Source: Macrostomum hystrix (lineage: Eukaryota; Animalia; Platyhelminthes). Taken from it: a stretch of DNA of 64,000 nt. Shown in pieces: positions 22,105 through 35,510 of the stretch; positions within the stretch are counted from its first letter, which is position 1; each line of letters opens with the position of its first letter. Where the stretch lies: NCBI GenBank assembly GCA_950097015.1, contig CATNEN010000003.1:9300001-9364000 (forward strand), in the 5' to 3' direction. The notes under the pieces are model-generated. The model saw only the letters and a list, made by a program, of their open reading frames with translations, was not told where the DNA came from and ran no database searches. The position numbers and the translations under genes are program-made.

Positions 22105-24184
22105 GTTATACTGATTTAGGTTCAGTATTTTTTGCCATACTTCTGATTGTTGCTTTACAATTTTTTATATTAAAATTTTGGTTCGTTTAGTGACGATGGC
22201 AATCTTTAGAACTATTACTTCAGGGAGAAGTCCAAGATATTCTAAAATTCCTATCTCCTAGTTATAAATTCTGTCCAAGACAATAATTATAGAAACAAAA
22301 AAATTGGGATACCAGCTACCAGATGATTATGAATGACTTAAATGAAAAGTAATGGGGCGAGGAGCTCGTCTGGAGTCTGCATGGATTATACTTATCCTTA
22401 CTTATACAACTTGTACTTAGATTATTAATATTCCAAAATTGTCGCAAATATAGGCTTTAAAGTTATAACAATTATCTCAGACTCTTATTTCTACAATTAA
22501 CTGGGATACCAGCCGGAATATCCGTATTTTTAGAAGCCAATTTTTATGTCGCTTAAAACTGGCACTTACATTTAAGTACAAATTAAGCGATCATTAAAAA
22601 ATAATTAATTTGCCATCCGTGATTTCAAACGACCATAATGATCGAACTAAATTGTCTTCTTTTCAAACGACCATTGTCTTCCAACAATGAACTTCTGTCA
22701 GCTTGCATGCTATCTATAATTTTCTTGCGGTGTCACCCTCGTGCGCTGGCGCCCGCGCGTTACTTACGTAATTTTTTTACGTGCATTCACTAACGTACTT
22801 GAATTACGTTGCGCGCGTCACTTATGTACTCTAGCAACCAATCTATCCGTCCCCATAAACAGACAGACTTATAGACTATTATAAAATATTTTATAACAAA
22901 GCTCACCTCTAGCTTTAGTATTCGCACTCGAACTCACACCTGACTCTGATCCACTACTTTTTTATGTTTCTCTCTGTCCACTTTTACGACGGAAGTTATT
23001 CCACTTTTTAAAGCAGAGCTAATTGTAAAAAATTCACTATCCAAGGATTATTTTCAAGTTAAAAAATTAGTTTTTAACAATAATTCGTTAGGTACATTAT
23101 AGATTTTTTCGCTAACTAAAAACTTTGTACCCATGCATACATAAAACTATTTTTTGCAGCACTCGATTTTCGCGTAAGTTTAAGATCGGTAGATAGCAGT
23201 TTTTACACAAGAATGAGCTACAGGTTTGGTTTGTAATTAGCAATTTAACTTGCGAACTGATTTAGCTAATTATTGTATTTCACTGCTACTTTTTGTGGAT
23301 TGCAAAGTCAAGTTCGCTCCGTATATATAGGATTCGCGCGATGTATAAATATGAATTATATTACCCTAAATATGGTTTTGTGTGATGTTTTTTTAAACAT
23401 CACATTCGTGTGATTTAAACTAAACATTTTTTCCAATACTTCTAATTTTTACCTATTAGACCAGTGTCGTAGTTTCTTAGTTCGCTTCTATCGTTCAACT
23501 ATATATTTTTCCGTTCGTGTTCGCAGATGACGCACTACTCAACTAAATATACGGCTAGTTTAAGTTAACCATATTATATTTTTTCGACAATTTAACAGCT
23601 TTTGACCGACAAATGGGCAACGCATAATCATGAATTTGCGCTCTCATTTTATATGCTTATATCAAAATAATTTAATAAATTGTCTTCCTAGATCGATTTA
23701 AATATGCGCATTTAGCTTAATTTAGAAAATCGAAAAGATGCACTATATACTACACTCTCGGTACAGAAAACAATGCACTTAATACAGATTTAAATTGAAA
23801 ATAACTCTCTAAATAGTTCTCTAGTTAGTTAGCTGGCCAAAATATTATACACTCGTAGTTCGGATGAATCCAAATTTTCACAGCAGACACAGAGTATATT
23901 ACTTAAAAATTTGCGTCATCAGTTTTGCCTGTGTTATATTATAATTATAACTAAGTACAATAAAAACGGCCTGGATGCCTGCATGCTATCAGCTAACTGA
24001 TCGAGCGGGCTACGACGAGGCGACAGAGCATTTTTTAGGCAAAAGCAAACCTGGTAATTCCGTCAGCGTGTATTTGAGACCCCTGCATGACGGCAGCAGT
24101 GCAAGATCAGGGCGCGATAGTCCGATAGGCGATAGTACCGGGCCAGGTAATCGACAGAATACACCAGTATATTATATGTATTAT

Positions 24185-26327
24185 AGACAGGACATTCTAG
24201 TTCCCCAGTGAGCTCCGCGAACGCCAACAACACACAGGCCACGCGCGAAGCGCGTGGCCTGTGTGCTGTTGGGGTGAGCGGAGCGAGCGCGAAGGCACGA
24301 AGTGCCAAGCACGAGGAACAAACAGCCAGCCAATGCGCGAAGCGCATTGGGTGGCCTGGCTTGTGACGAGTTAATAAGTTGAGACGTGTGCAGAAGAAAA
24401 AATTTGAAAAATGCTCTCACTAAAAATGCTGTAACTTCGAAACCACTGCACCTAACTCGACAAATGGGGTATCATTTTAAAGAGAAGATTCTGCTCTTTC
24501 GTGTGAATATAATTTTGTAATGGTAGAGCCTACTATTGTATCACAGTAAGACAGTGAACAAATCGTTTCGTTTTTTTGCGCCCACAAAAGTGCATTTCCT
24601 CATGCACTTGAAGAGTTTGAGAGGAAATGTCTGAGGGTTATATGTGCGCCTGTCTAAGTCACATGATAATATCGGGTTACTTTTTTTAATTGGTTCAAAA
24701 AGTTGGCACTTTGGTGACAAAACGTGCAAAAGAAGCAAGTGTGCACTTTTCGTTTTTTCGAAGTTGTGCTGGAACCAAAGAAGCTAGAATGATGCACTAT
24801 GCGTCAATCGATGCGAAATTCGAAGTTGCATAAGTGTGTAAAGTTTCAAATCTTAATCTTCTTGCATGCCGAAGTTATTTAAGGAATACTGAAAATCCCG
24901 TTCTCAAACTGCTTTCCGAAAAAGTGCTCATTATAATTTATGGAATGTGCTAGAGACAAGCGAATGCCATCATTTGTTTCCTAACTTACTTTAGTTTAAT
25001 GGTATGCAAGGAGTTTTTTCTATACGGAGTGGATCCCTGTGAAAATTGCTGTCGAAGTTGAAAAAGTAACTTTTTTCTTCAGCTCTGTATTTTTGGCAAG
25101 TCATTTCGCCGATTAACTATCACTGTGATAGTTAGACTTAGAAGTCAGAGTCAGAACCCAAGGCCAACACAGCCAAACCATAGGCAGGCTGCCTGCCTTT
25201 CCTTCCTAACCTATCCCTCCCGGGGTATCCCATCGTTCCTTCCTTCCTTCGCTTCGCATGAATCTCGGATGTACATTGACACTCACTAATGTACACATTA
25301 CTTCCGAGCGAGACAAACAGTCTACACCCCTTTCCGCCAGCCGCCACTCAGTAAGCAAATGCCCTTCCCTTGTGTGGTATTGGAGAAGCCAGCCCTGCAA
25401 TGCGATAGGATGCAGAGGATTGGTTGGCGTTGGCGGAAGGTGGAGCCTTGGACTGTGGGGTGCGTGCACAGACGGAGGAGACGAAGGAGAAAGAGATTCA
25501 CCCTGGACTGTACACTGAACACTGTTGCAAGAAGGGATTGGGGAAGAAGGGACAGACAGTGCGTCCTTTCCAAGAGGTGGATGGGTTCAGTCGACTGGGA
25601 TGAAACGATTCAGGCTTTCTCAGGCTTTGTTTCAAGATGCCATTTTAATTGTAGCGTAGAGCGCATCATATCTTCGTCTCTGACTATTAATTAACATACG
25701 TGCTTAATATTTTCCATTCTTTGTTTTCAAGCTCAGTTCTGTATGACAATATTATATTTATATTTGAAATTTTGCTCCTCATCATGTTCTTAAGGATTAC
25801 ACGCCTGACACATGTATGTCCATATGCCAAGAGATATTTTTCATCAAGCTGGTGATTCCTTCACGGATGTCTCTCTAACATTTGAATTGTCATACCGGAA
25901 TTACACAGTAGATTATATATAGGCTTTTCATTTTGCCGCTTCCAGAACCAGAACCAGATCCATTTTGAGCAGCATAACTTTTTGCGCCTTAGCGGGTGAG
26001 ATAGTTGCTTTGGAAAATATTTTTTGAAAAATCAGGAAGTTGGCGAAAATCCTGAGAAAAATATTTTTTGTGGGCATGTGAGCAAAAATCGATGTTGTTA
26101 TTCTCTCTTTTCTTAGAAATTCCAAACCGATTCTGGTTCTGCAATCGGCAAAATGAAAAGCCTAATAGATTATATACATAGTAGAACCGGAACTTTTCCA
26201 GTGTACTATGCTGAAATTTCCATAGCCGAAAGTGGCTTGCACCATTTTCAACTTCAATCGATTCAAAACTAGGCCATATCAACTTCTAACTAACCTGTTA
26301 GCTCACTGGGGCGAAAAGACTTTGTCT
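24185..26327. mobile_element. Possible non-autonomous DNA transposon bounded by imperfect inverted repeats
   Basis: ccccagtgagct (24203-24214) / agctcactgggg (26300-26311), weakly extendable to agaca/tgtct; no TSD or transposase found. Confidence 0.35.
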
Positions 26328-27582
26328 TCATTAACTAGTAACTGTGATCCTGCTTAAAAAGACGCTGGAAATTTACTGTCATAAAAGGAAAAAAACCGTC
26401 TGAGAACACTTTCAATTTTTTGACAGTAACAAATTGTTTAAAAAAAGATAAGACCGCATACTCTTTTAAACGGATTTCGGTATCAGAGTCAGTTTTGTTT
26501 AAATTTTTATTTAAAACAAAAAAGTCGTGCTTTCCTCTGAAGAAAATAAATAAATGTATACTAGTAAAGTAACCGAACCCGTAGCATCAATTAACTTTTA
26601 GGCTTTATATTGAACTCACAGCGTGATTAAGAATGCTTGATCACTGTGCATAAGAGCGGAGTTTTATACTTACAGTCCACAATACCATAAATAGAAATAT
26701 TTTATCTTTGTGTTCTAATTTGTCATCGACTTTCACTACGTCCACAGGTCCACTGACCACTGTTTAAGACTAAGTCTAAGACTTAGTTAAATACTAATAT
26801 AATGCCGCTAACAGAGTCACTAAGAATAGACATGTGTACTGTAGAATCATCCACATTATCCTTACCATCGATGTGTATTAATATCATTAGATTCATCCTG
26901 CTTTTAAAATGTAAATCATTATTAATGTCATGTCATTATCATATCAGTAGGCCTAATACTATCAATACATTTTGCTGCCCAATTTAATACCAAGGGAGGT
27001 AATTCCTAATGAACCTGTTAGTTGTGCTGCACACAAATGAAGCAACAAAAGTACACAAAACACAAGAACACAGTTGAAATTTTTGTTGCACATCTTCTGA
27101 AACAATAATCAAGGCTTACCATGTCGAAACAGCCAGAAGTAATAAAACATTGCTCTTTAAATTTAACTATTATACAATGAATAATGAGAGATAAAAACAT
27201 TGTAAGAAGCAATAATTAATTTTTTATTCACATACATTTCTTATGAACACAGTAAAAAATAAGTAAATTTGTTTTGAGCATAAACAGCAAGACACATATC
27301 TATTCAAGCAGATTGATATGTTTCAAAAAATATATAGTGAATTATTTGTTATAATTATATTATATTATATAAGAATAATAACACTTCAATTATTTGTAGC
27401 CATTGTTTATTGTTTAACAAATTAGTAGTCTCTTTTGTATGGCTATTAAATCTAGCCATTCTGCCAGCTGCTATTCTGTTGTGTGACCATTTTGGATATA
27501 ATGGCCATTTTGACATGTACTAGAATCAAGTTGAATGTCAGGTTTTTCCAATAAAAATAATAGGACAAAACTCAATATTATT

Positions 27583-27620
27583 TGCGACGTGTTTCGGCTA
27601 AAACTAGCCATCTTCAGGCA
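27583..27620 (-). ncRNA. Second minimal hammerhead ribozyme motif in the inverted pLTR
   Basis: Minus strand reads tgc-CTGAAGA-t-ggcta(gttt)tagcc-GAAA-cacg-TC^gca; stem I intact. Confidence 0.78.
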
Positions 27621-27982
27621 CTAGGCCTATCGAACAAAATTTATTTCAACCAATTAAATACTGTGTAGACAACAAAATCAGGTATTGAAAAGATATAAAA
27701 GGACTAAAGGATCAATGTACAGTATAGCAATGTTCATCAAATTTTTGTGGAATGACAAGACAGAGAAAAGGAGAGAGAGAGAGAGAATGAGGCGTAAGCG
27801 CCCCAAATGTACTCTAGCCTAGAACACCAACAGCTGTTCACTCGCACCTCCTCCAGATAGTTGGACATTGAGAGTGGGTTTGTGTAACTTAATGTGCAGA
27901 GCTTCAAGAATGCTAAGTTTATGCTCGTTTTTGCTGTTGTCTATGACCTTGAAATGAGAGGCTGTCTGGCTCATCAAGATCC

Positions 27983-28780
27983 TTGATATCAAGATCCATT
28001 AAGTTACACTGCGCTATTGTGACCGAAGTGTATCGCAAGCCCACTTTCACTAACTTGATGCTTAATTTCCAGGCGATGTGCCCCAGGGAATGGAAGACGG
28101 GAGTCATTTGTTGTCTGCTTCATCGTGCCTACACAGTATGTTGCTCTTGGTCGTTGCTGCACAACAAGTTTACCAACATTATCAATATTCTCACTGCCAA
28201 TGGATACCCTATCAACTACATCATGAAGGTTATTGGTAATTTCTTAGATGAAAAAATTGAAAATAAGCTTAAACCTAAGCAGCCAGATAGAGAACCAGGA
28301 GAACCAATCTTGACTCTTCCTTTTTTGGGCAACTCTTCGATTGTGTTTAAGAGGCAAATTCGCAAAACTTGGCAAAAATTCTTTAAGACTAAGATTCATG
28401 TTGTGTTCTGTACTCATAAAGTCAGTCAATTTGTTGGGAGTTTAAAGTCTCGTGTTCCATGTGCTCTCAAGGCAGGTGTCATCTATCGTTTTCGTTGCTC
28501 TGTTGACCAGAGCATTACCTACATTGGTAAAACCAAGCGACACCTACTCACGAGAGCCAAGGAACATAGGCAACGAAACTCTCCGATTCACGAACATTTG
28601 CTGCAATGCCATGGTTGTTGTGATGAGCCAGACATAGCCTCTCATTTCAAGGTCATAGACAACAGCAAAAACGAGCATAAACTTAGCATTCTTGAAGCTC
28701 TGCACATTAAGTTACACAAACCCACTCTCAATTTCCAACTATCTGGAGGAGGTGCGAGTGAACAGCTGTTGGTGTTCTAG
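27983..28780 (+). pseudogene. PLE RT-thumb + GIY-YIG endonuclease remnant
   Basis: GVIYRFRC...TYIGKTKRHLLTRAKEH...ILEALHIK.KPTLN. The RT core is missing and the upstream LDIKI motif is out of frame. Confidence 0.85.
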
Positions 28781-28974
28781 GCTAGAGTACATTTGGGGCG
28801 CTTACGCCTCATTCTCTCTCTCTCTCTCTCCTTTTCTCTGTCTTGTCATTCCACAAAAATTTGATGAACATTGCTATACTGTACATTGATCCTTTAATCC
28901 TTTTATATCTTTTCAATACCTGATTTTGTCGTCTACGCAGTATTTAATTGGTTGAAATAAATTTTGTTCGATAG

Positions 28975-29012
28975 TGCCTGAAGATGGCTAGTTTTAGCCG
29001 AAACGCGTCACA
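28975..29012 (+). ncRNA. Minimal type-I hammerhead ribozyme motif in the PLE pLTR
   Basis: tgc-CTGAAGA-t-ggcta(gttt)tagcc-GAAA-cgcg-TC^aca; palindromic stem III, one stem-I mismatch. Confidence 0.8.
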
Positions 29013-31236
29013 AATAATATTGAGTTTTGTCCTATTATTATCTGTTAAGAGTGCTGCTCTACCGCAATACTATATTTGTACTCAATCTCCTATACATGAA
29101 TTTGAATTGCACCTCAGTTTTGGCTTGCTAGACCTTTTGACTTGATCAAAATGTCATGTATGATATATCACCTGAATGTAGCTGCATGATATATAATCTC
29201 TGATTTAGGTAGGCCTAGTCTCACACTTTTATTTAGACACTGCATTAGACTTGATTGATCAAGCTTAATTTTAGGAGTGACAGCCTAAAGGCATGTAACT
29301 TAAATATTTTTATTTAGAATCTAAATTTGGATTTTATAGAAATTTCACCAGATCTTAAATATTTTTTAGAACTTCGATCCTTTTTATTATTCTCTCTTGT
29401 AACAAAATATTATGGTTTGGTATAAATGACATTTAGGATATGCATTATATTTTTGTGTAAATATAAATGTAGTATAAATAGGCTTTTACTATAATTTATA
29501 TTATATACACTATACTTAGCAGCATAGGTCATGGGTGTTCTAGAAAGGTGTGTACTTCAAATTAATATTGCTAGCATGACTGTTAAATATTAGCAACCAA
29601 TTTTGTGGCATTTTTCATAGTTTTTTTGGAGCTTTCTTTATCAGGGCATACAATATTATATTTTTCATGTCAAATAACTTAAACCTATACAGAATGTTGT
29701 AATGTATAATTTAGTTTCATCTCACAGATAAAAATTTTTAAACCTAGCAAAAGGTAATAATTTTTTGTATGTTTTGACCTTGTTTTTAATTTAAGGATTT
29801 CTTATATATTTTCAGGTATTCCTTTTAAACCCAGTGCAGTTCATAACATTATGCATTTGTGTTCTTCTTATTTTGTCAATTTTTTTCTACGTTTGCTTTA
29901 TTGTGTAATCATGTTATTTGGCTCAGTTGCAAGATGTAGTTGCATTTTTCTTTAACAATCATTTTCTTTATTGCATGAAATAAATTTTTGTAAATCTCTA
30001 AGGTAACACAATTTTATCTAACCAGGTTTAAAAATTTTGACAACTGTTGCCTATTAATGAGCTCTGTCTCAATTATTTTGTTAGTACATTTTGTAAGCCA
30101 AGCAGAATTCAGTTGTTCTGGCTCTTTGAAACTAAATCCAGTTCTTTAAAACTAATGGGTCTAGCTTGTTTACAGTTTAAAGTTCTGAAATATATATCTA
30201 TCAAATAAATCAACCCTTACTAATCATTCCTTGTTTAGTTAATCTTTCTGGTTAAAATGTGGAGATAGTGAAATTTGGCTGAGATCATCAGTTTTCACAG
30301 GCCACTGTGTGGGTATCCAAGGCCAACTAATTCTGGGCTCCTGGGAGACACCAAATCTTCCCAACTGGTGTTTCTGCACAATTGATATGTATTAGATATG
30401 GAAAATCTACTTGACAGTATTTGTTCATGTTGATTTAAAAATGTTTTGCTTTACAGTTTGGACTTTTTTAGCCTTTTGAAAAGTAAATATAAGGTTCAAA
30501 ATAAACAGGCTAAGATTTTCTCACTTTTAAACTTGTTTGAGATTCTGAGTATTTGTATTTTTTATTATAAAATAATTTTTTGTTTGTCTAGAAGAAACAC
30601 AAATTACTTTTTCGTACGAATATTAAATTTCAGTCACAGTTTTCCCAAATGACTACTTGACTAAGTAGCATGGAATTAATATTGTTATATTTAGAGAACA
30701 ACAAAAATATGTATTTTTTAATGGCTTCGGCTTCAATGCAATTATTTTCAGTTGAAATAATAACTCAATGGCTCCTAAGGCGCAAAGAAAGACGCAACAG
30801 GGCAAAGTATGTTAAACAGAAAGTAGATTTCTTCGGTTTCCTAAAAAATGCGTACTTCTGTTGTGACTTTCTGTTCACTTCTAGGTGTTGATACGAGTAA
30901 TATTTGCACGTCTGCTAAATATGCCTTATCTTGCTTAATAAATATCGTGACAAGATACATTTTTTGCTAAGGCTTCCTTGTATTCCACTGATTATTTTTT
31001 AGCTTGATTATTAAGTTTTACTTTTGAGTGTTGTTGTGTGATATTTATTCATTTTATTTTTACTTTATCATTTTGCCGTTGCACTCTGGTAAACTTGGCA
31101 TTGGCTTTCTTTTCATTCACTTTCCTTCTTTTATGTTCTGCTAATTTATTGATAACACGGGTTGGCAAATTGTGGAATACGACCCGAGGGGCTCTTCAAT
31201 CAGTTGAATTATCTTCTCGTTTTCTCATCTTTCCCA

Positions 31237-31745
31237 TGTCTCATCTCTCCCCTGTTTCATCTCTCCCTTGTCCCCTTTCTCTTCTGTCTTCTCATTTCTC
31301 CATTGTCCCATTTCTCTCCCGTCTCATCGCTCTCCTGTCTCATCTCTCCCCAGTCTGATCTCTCCCCTATTTCATCTCTCCCCTGTCTCATCTCTCCCCT
31401 ATCTCATCTCTTCCCTGTCTCTTCTCTCCCCTATCTCATCTCTCACCTGTCTCATCTGTCCCCTGTCTCATCTCTCCCCTATCTCATCTCTCCCCTGTCT
31501 TATCTCTCTCCTGTCTCATCTCTCTCCCGTCTCATCGCTCCCCTGTTTCATCTCTCCCCAGTCTGATCTCTCCCCTATTTCATCTCTCCCCTGTCTCATC
31601 TCTCCCCTGTCTCATCTCTCCCGTGTCTCATCTCTCCCCTGTCTTATCTCTCCCCTGTCTCATCTCTCCCCTGTCTCATCTCTCCCCTGTCTTATCTCTC
31701 CCCTGTCTTATCTCTCCCCTGTCTCATCTCTCCCCTGTCTCATCT
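31237..31745. repeat. CT-rich minisatellite, ~18-nt unit (tcatctctcccctgtc-)
   Basis: Tandem copies upstream of the RPL6 coding exon. Confidence 0.9.
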
Positions 31746-31871
31746 CTTTTCTGACTCTAACCGGTTGTAGTTTTCTAAACTCTTTAGGTTTGCGAGGCAT
31801 TAAAGTTTACCAATCCTTGCCTCCGCAATAAAATCAATCTAACCCAGTCGCACCTGAATGGTTTGCAGCAA

Positions 31872-33190
31872 ATGGCCAAGACTAAGGGTCCACACAAGCC
31901 GAAGAACTCGGCTATCAACGCCGGCCAGCTAATGAAGTACAGCAGGGCTCGCGTCTTTCAGCGCAAGGCGGCCTACAAGGTCAAGAAGGTCAAAACTGCG
32001 GCAGCTAAGACCGCCACAAAGAAGGCTGCAGCCGCTTTTGTTGTCAAGCAGATTAAGGGCGACAAGAATGGCGGCGAGAGGAAGGTCTACCGCAAGTCGG
32101 TGAGTTTTCCCTTTACCTTGAAAGAGCTCAAGGGAAGTTTGTAGCTCATTCATTTTTTGTTTCGTACTTCTTACCGATAGGTCGGTGGTTCGAATTCGGC
32201 AAGACAATTTAAAGTAATAAGACAAGAGATAAGTTAACGCGAGAGACGAGACACGGAAGAGATAAGATTCGGGAGAAATATGATACAGGTAGGGGTGGGA
32301 TGAGACACGGGGGATATGAGACATGGAAGAGATGAAACATACGACATTAAATGGGAGAGATGAGACACGGGAGAGATTAGACATAGGAGAGATTAGACAC
32401 GGTAGAGATTAGACACGGGAGAGATTAGACACGGGAGAGATAATATTCGGGAGAAATCAGATACGGGTACGGGTGGGAGGAAACACGGAAGAGATAAGTT
32501 TCGGGAAGAATGCGATACGAGAGGTATGAGATATAGAAGGGATAAGATAACGGGAGAGATGGGATTAATTGCTTACCGTTTATATGACACCCAAGTCATG
32601 ACTCCACCCTAAATCGGTCCTACCTTCTTTCCTCCCAGCCCAAGTCCCTGCCGACCCAGGTGCCCAGCCGCAAGGTGCAGCTGCGGCCCAAGAAGACTTT
32701 CAAGAAGCACGTGCGCCGCCTGCGCCCCAGCCTGGTGCCCGGCGCCATTTTGATCCTACTGGCCGGCCGCCACAAGGGCAAACGGGTGGTGCTGCTCAAG
32801 CAGTTGGAGAGCGGCCTGCTCCTAGTCACCGGTCCGCGCAAACTCAACGGCTGCCCGCTGCGCCGCGTCAGCCAGCGCTATGTCATCGGCACGAAGACCC
32901 GCATCGACATCGGCAAGGTGGCGTTGCCGGAGCGCCTGAACGACGCCTATTTCCGGCGCCAGCGTTCGGCCGCTGCCAACAACAAGAAGGCGTCGGGCGC
33001 CGGCGACATCTTTGCCAAGTCCGAGGCCGCCTACGCTGTTTCCGCTGAGCGTCGCGAAGATCAAGCCGCCGTTGACAAGGCCGTGATGGGCGCCATCAAG
33101 GCTACTGGCGATGGCCCAATGCTCAGGTCCTACCTGAAGTCGCTGTTCAGCATTGGCTCCGGTCAAAAGCCGCACGAGCTGCTGTTTTGA
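31872..33190 (+). CDS. RPL6: 60S ribosomal protein L6 (eL6)
   Basis: Exons 31872-32099 and 32639-33190, phase 0. Motifs KYSRARVFQRKA, GDKNGGER, PGAILILLAGRHKGKRVVLLKQLESGLLLVTGP, PHELLF*. Confidence 0.96.
32240..32565. repeat. Degenerate GA-rich repeat in the RPL6 intron
   Basis: gggagagat(g/t)agacac units; reverse complement of the 31237-31745 array. Confidence 0.7.
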
Positions 33191-34104
33191 AACAATATTC
33201 AATCAGATTTCCAAGATCAGATGGGTCGGTGCAATATTCCTATTGCTGTGCGTTTGTGTGTCCGCTTAAAAGTTTGATCAAGCCGCGCTGACTATAATTC
33301 CAATTTGAAAATATAATTATTTGGCTATTTGAAGCCATCTAGACATCGGTTTGAATCCGCATGCAACCTGCTGGAACAAAAAAAATTAATTAAATATTGC
33401 TCTCAACTTTATCGTCTTTTGCTTATTTTATATTATTTATTCTAGTTGTGAGTTCAATAGAGCAGTTCTATAACGGGTTGCATATTTCAATATTATTGAC
33501 TTTCCCTCTAAATTTACATAGTGAAACACAAAGCTAACAGTAATTAAAACTCAGAGTCACTGGCTGACTAGCCATCAAGTTATTAAAAAGTGTTTACCTT
33601 TGCCTATGTGTACCTAGGATACCTTGTTTCACAATCAGATAGACTGGTTCAATGTCTAGCGCCCACCCTGACATGCCACTTGAAATTTGTCGCCAATCCA
33701 ATTTAAACGGGAGAGAAAGTTGATGCAAAGGAATTTATCTGTAATCTGATTTTTAACATCATAATTATAATTGCTAACCCTCTTTATAAATCACTTGCTG
33801 CTTGAAACGTGACAAAATTCTGGATAGCAACACGATGGCATGAAAATTTTGCTGTTTAGCTTTTAACTTGTCAGCCTAATAGCCCTGTTTATGTTACACT
33901 CGGACAAGTGGTCTGGTTGATTGAATTGTTTAAGTTGTTGTGTTGCCAACCTCAAATCAACTAGGGGCAAACTCTTGTTTATTTGTGCAAGGAAACACAG
34001 TTTGAAAAAAATGTTTTTACAAAGTGAACTAAGTATTCGAGTTTTATCATAGCTGTGCAGTGATTTTTTCGTTAAAATTGGATTTTGGAAATTCGGTTAA
34101 GAAA

Positions 34105-34730
34105 GCTTTTGGATTCCCTATTGAAAAATGGGATTTTGGGAATAGGGATCAGACATTTCTTTGGATTCCCTATTGAAACATGGGATATTGAAAATTGAGA
34201 TGAGAAGGCTTTTAGATTCTCTATTGAAAAATGGGATCTTGGGAATAGGGATAAGAAGGCTTCTGGATTCTCTATTGAAAAATGGGATCTTGGGAATGGG
34301 GATAAGAAGGCTTTTGGATTCTCTATTGAAAAATGGGATCTTGGGAATAGGGATAAGAAGGCTTTTGGATTCTCTATTGAAAAATGGGATCTTGGGAATA
34401 GGGATAAGAAGGCTTCTGGATTCTCTATTGAAAAATGGGATCTTGGGAATAGGGATAAGAAGGCTTTTGGATTCTCTATTGAAAAATGGGATCTTGGGAA
34501 TAGGGATAAGAAGGCTTCTGGATTCTCTATTGAAAAATGGGATCTTGGGAATAGGGATAAGAAGGCTTTTGGATTCTCTATTGAAAAATGGGATCTTGGG
34601 AATAGGGATAAGAAGGCTTTTGGATTCTCTATTGAAAAATGGGATCTTGGGAATAAGGATAAGAAGGCTTTTGGATTCTCTATTGAAAAATGGGATCTTG
34701 GGAATAGGGATAAGAATGCTTTTGGATTCT
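34105..34730. repeat. Minisatellite, 51-nt unit
   Basis: Tandem ggattctctattgaaaaatgggatcttgggaatagggataagaaggctttt. Confidence 0.95.
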
Positions 34731-35470
34731 CCTAAAAAGATCAGGAGTTTGTTACTTCCCATTGAAGGTTGGGATTTTAGAAAGATCAGGAGTCTATTAC
34801 TTCCCATTGAAGGTTGGGATTTTAGAAAGATCAGGAGTCTATTACTTCCCATTGAAGGTTGGGATCTTAAAAATATCAGGAGTCTATTACTTCCCATTGA
34901 AGGTTGGGATTTTAGAAAGATCAGGAGTCTATTACTTCCCATTGAAGGTTGGGATCTTAAAAAGATCAGGAGTCTATTACTTCCTATTGAAGGTTGGGAT
35001 CTTAAAAAGATCAGGAGTCTATTGCTTCCCATTGAAGGTTGGGATTTTAGAAAGATCAGGAGTCTATTACTTCCCATTGACGGTTGGTATTTTAGAAAGA
35101 TCAGGAGTCTATTGCTTCCCATTGACGGTTGGGATTTTAGAAAGATCAGGAGTCTATTACTTCCCATTGAAGGTTGGGATTTTAGAAAGATCAGGAGTCT
35201 ATTACTTCCCATTGAAGGTTGGGATTTTAGAAAGATCAGGAGTCTATTACTTCCCATTGAAGGTTGGGATCTTAAAAAGATCAGGAGTCTATTACTTCCC
35301 ATTGAAGGTTGGGATCTTAAAAAGATCAGGAGTCTATTACTTCCCATTGAAGGTTGGGATCTTAAAAAGATCAGGAGTCTATTGCTTCCCATTGAAGGTT
35401 GGGATCTTAAAAAGATCAGGAGTCTATTACTTCCCATTGAAGGTTGGGATCTTAAAAAGATCAGGAGTCT
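34731..35470. repeat. Minisatellite, 45-nt unit, abutting the 51-nt array
   Basis: Tandem aggagtctattacttcccattgaaggttgggattttagaaagatc. Confidence 0.95.
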
Positions 35471-35510
35471 GTGAATATCTCATATACCAGCTCTTCCTAA
35501 AAAACTGCAG

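Larger units (their letters stand above)
27556..29039 (+). mobile_element. 5'-truncated Penelope-like retroelement (PLE) with inverted pLTR duplication
   Basis: RT C-terminus (VYRKPTFT..., LPFLG) plus GIY-YIG endonuclease. 27556-27976 is the reverse complement of 28621-29039. Confidence 0.9.

Noticed and set aside
29040-31200. Short AT-rich ORFs
   Set aside because: No recognisable motifs or splice-consistent structure.
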